The notes beneath the pieces were generated by a model, which searched no databases, was not told the origin of the DNA, and saw nothing but the letters and a program-made list of their open reading frames with translations. This document shows positions 61,560 to 64,000 of a stretch of DNA of 64,000 nt, in pieces; position 1 is the first letter of the stretch; every line of letters starts with the position of its first letter. This DNA is from Nitrososphaeraceae archaeon (lineage in GTDB: Archaea > Thermoproteota > Nitrososphaeria > Nitrososphaerales > Nitrososphaeraceae). Location: the NCBI GenBank assembly GCA_035250975.1, contig DATFEP010000076.1, positions 15,602-79,601 of the forward strand. The letters run 5' to 3'. A program made the position numbers and the translations under genes.

Positions 61560-62489
61560 TCATATATTTTTTGAAGAGCCCATGCTCTTTCTTTGTGATA
61601 TTAACCTTAAACTAATATTTAATCCTAAAATAATAAGAATCAAGATCAAAGCAGCGCCCCATCCATTAGCATGAGCAGCTTCATATGGTTGAGATGCTAA
61701 TCTCCATATTCTGAGTGGAAGGGCATCTACCGGTGCAGTAAAAGATGAGAAAAATAGACTGGTTCCTAGAATAGTCATGATCAATGGAGCAGTTTCCCCA
61801 GCAATTCTTGCTATTGATAATACAATTCCGGTTAGAATTCCACTAATGGCTGTCCTTACTACTATAAATAAAGTAATTTTCCATTTAGGAATTCCAAGAG
61901 AGTGAGCTCCTTCTCTAATGGAATTTGGTACAATTTTAAGGGTCTCTTCGGTTATTCGAGTAACAATTGGAATCATTATTAAAGATAGTGAAAAAGCGCC
62001 TGCAATAACAGAAAAAGAACCAATAGCAAGAACTATCAATACATAGCCTACAATACCAACTATAATTGAAGGCAGTCCAGTTAATACATCACTAAAGAAA
62101 CGTACAGCAAAAGCAAATTTACTATTGCTTTTTGCATATTCAGATAGATAAATTCCAGCCAATGCGCCTACAGGTACGGCAATAAGAGATCCTAGAGCTA
62201 CTACAATTAAAGTTCCCTGAATAGCTGGACCTATTCCTCCTTTACTAGATAGAATTGAACCAGGTTTTTGAGTAAGAAATTCCAAATCAATAGCAGAATA
62301 ACCATTTTTAAAAACCTCAAACAGAATACTACCAAGAGGGATTATTGCAAAAATAACACAACATATAGTTAAAATTGTTACTAATTTATTTACATATATT
62401 TTTCTATTAGATGTTTTTGACATCAATGCTTGAATATCATTTCGTCTTTTGGAATATCGATCAGTCATTTCATCAGTTTTGGATGACAT
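61560..62489 (-). CDS. pstA: Phosphate ABC transporter permease
   Basis: GGIGPAI.GT, AGIYLSEY, GLPSII.G, EGA..LG...W and ARIAGETAPL. Confidence 0.97.
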   Translation of the reverse strand: MSSKTDEMTDRYSKRRNDIQALMSKTSNRKIYVNKLVTILTICCVIFAIIPLGSILFEVFKNGYSAIDLEFLTQKPGSILSSKGGIGPAIQGTLIVVALGSLIAVPVGALAGIYLSEYAKSNSKFAFAVRFFSDVLTGLPSIIVGIVGYVLIVLAIGSFSVIAGAFSLSLIMIPIVTRITEETLKIVPNSIREGAHSLGIPKWKITLFIVVRTAISGILTGIVLSIARIAGETAPLIMTILGTSLFFSSFTAPVDALPLRIWRLASQPYEAAHANGWGAALILILIILGLNISLRLISQRKSMGSSKNI

Positions 62490-62492
62490 TTG

Positions 62493-63476
62493 TTATGTTC
62501 GTCCTCCTGGATTCGAAGTTTTTACCATTTTGAAGACAAAAATTTGCGCTATTACGTTTATTACCATTGTAATCAAAAGTAGAACTGCTCCAAGAGCAAT
62601 AAGCGCAGATAGATGTAATTCTGATGCAGCTTCATTAAATTCATTTGCTATTAAACTTGATAAAGTTTGGCTTTGTGAGAAAAGAGAAGTTGGAATAGCA
62701 TTTAAACCAATTGCATTACCTATTATCAAAGTAACCAACATTGTTTCACCTATTGCTCTTCCTAGTCCAATTATAGTGGCTCCCAAAATTCCAGATTTAG
62801 CATATGGTAATACAGCAATTTTGATAGTCTCCCATCTAGTCGCACCTAAACTATATGCAGCTTCTCTTTGAGAATCGGGTACAACAAGTAATAGTTCTCT
62901 AATAATAGAAGAAATTATAGGAATTATCATTATAGCAAGTACTATGCCAGCAGTAAATACATCTAGACCGAAAGGCGTTTTAGCAAAAAATGGCAAAGAG
63001 CCACCAAATAAATTGTATAAAGGTTTTTCTATAAAATCCATGATCCAAAATCTAAATACAAATAATGCCCAGAAACCATATATTATACTTGGAACTGCTG
63101 CTAAAAGCTCAATAATGAAGGACAAAGTCGTTTTTAATTTTGAACCCGCTATTTCAGAAAGAAATATTGCAATACCTAAACTAACAGGAACACCAATGGC
63201 CATTGCTATACCAGAAGAAACCAAAGTACCTATAATATATGGGAAAGCTCCAAATGACTCTCTACCCGGTACTGCGTTCCAATCAGTACTAGTTAAAAAG
63301 TTAAATCCTTCTTCTATAAAGATTTCTTTTGATCCATCTCCAACAGCAAAAAGTATTAAAACTAACATAAAGAGAGTGTATGCCGCTGCTCCAATTATTA
63401 TCCATTTGAATATAGGTTCAAATTTAGAAATCTTTTGTAATGGGATAAGAGAATGACTGTCATTGTATTTGATCAA
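62493..63476 (-). CDS. pstC: Phosphate ABC transporter permease
   Basis: ELLAAVPSIIYGFW, EAAYSLGATRWE, GRAIGETM and IANEFNEA. Confidence 0.97.
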   Translation of the reverse strand: MIKYNDSHSLIPLQKISKFEPIFKWIIIGAAAYTLFMLVLILFAVGDGSKEIFIEEGFNFLTSTDWNAVPGRESFGAFPYIIGTLVSSGIAMAIGVPVSLGIAIFLSEIAGSKLKTTLSFIIELLAAVPSIIYGFWALFVFRFWIMDFIEKPLYNLFGGSLPFFAKTPFGLDVFTAGIVLAIMIIPIISSIIRELLLVVPDSQREAAYSLGATRWETIKIAVLPYAKSGILGATIIGLGRAIGETMLVTLIIGNAIGLNAIPTSLFSQSQTLSSLIANEFNEAASELHLSALIALGAVLLLITMVINVIAQIFVFKMVKTSNPGGRT

Positions 63477-64000
63477 GTTCGTCGTATTGAGTGTACTCCC
63501 CTGATATCTATGATATTTGGTATTTTTTTACATATCACACAGTTTTATCATAGATCTATATAGTCTATTATTTGATATATTATATATCATTTATAGTCTT
63601 ATGATAATAATGTAAATATTTTACATACTACAGGATTTTGTAGAAAAAGATAGAGCGGATAAATTTGAGTAAATTGTGTCTGCTCGTAAAAGGAATGACT
63701 AAATGGATCGTGAAGTACGTCTAGTGCCAATCATATGGACCGAGTTTACCTATGGATTCTCTATAAAAGCTGCAAATGACTTTGACTAACATTGTAGTAT
63801 TAATACATCTTTGGTGCAGTCATCTATGGAAAATTAATATAATGAAATTCCTTTACAACATCAATAATAAAATTATAAAGCGCTTTTAACTTAAGCAGAT
63901 TAGAAAAGATACATATATTCCATTTTTACCAAATATTTCATTATTTGAAAATATTGTAATTTCATTTTATAACCGTATTGTGCTAGGGAAGCAAAATAAT

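Noticed and set aside
62449-63456. Long + strand ORFs (140 and 170 aa), and similar ones at 7059, 19586, 38794, 42736, 51765 and 59251
   Set aside because: Antisense shadows of well-supported minus-strand genes.

Overview
AT-rich archaeal DNA. The gene content points to a soil ammonia-oxidising archaeon of the Nitrososphaeraceae, probably Nitrosocosmicus-like; this placement is inferred, not database-checked. The clues are aconitase-X/phosphomevalonate dehydratase, MptE, NIP7, an AbrB-PhoU fusion, multiple cupredoxins, a PPOX-class F420-type enzyme and phasin-like proteins. Layout: (i) 1-13 kb is a cluster of exported, probably metal/copper-handling proteins. It includes several with a His right after the signal-peptide cleavage site, a cupredoxin, a ligand-less CoxI-like fragment, and a wHTH regulator with a His-rich membrane partner. 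A repeated 19-bp palindrome sits next to TATA boxes here and also appears to drive two short hairpin transcripts. (ii) 13.5-24 kb holds housekeeping genes (NOP2/RsmB, NIP7, RNase HIII-type, AcnX pair, mptE, guaA), interrupted by a Tat-exported vanadium haloperoxidase. (iii) 24-46 kb is accessory secreted and small proteins. (iv) 46.7-56 kb is a plastic region with a three-copy repeat (L-M-R versus L-M-[cargo]-M-R), cytochrome P450, a TRASH-domain histidine kinase, a secreted intradiol dioxygenase and pseudogenes. (v) 56-63.5 kb is a split pst/phoU locus with a candidate archaeal Pho box. No rRNA, intact tRNA, CRISPR array or intact transposase was seen.
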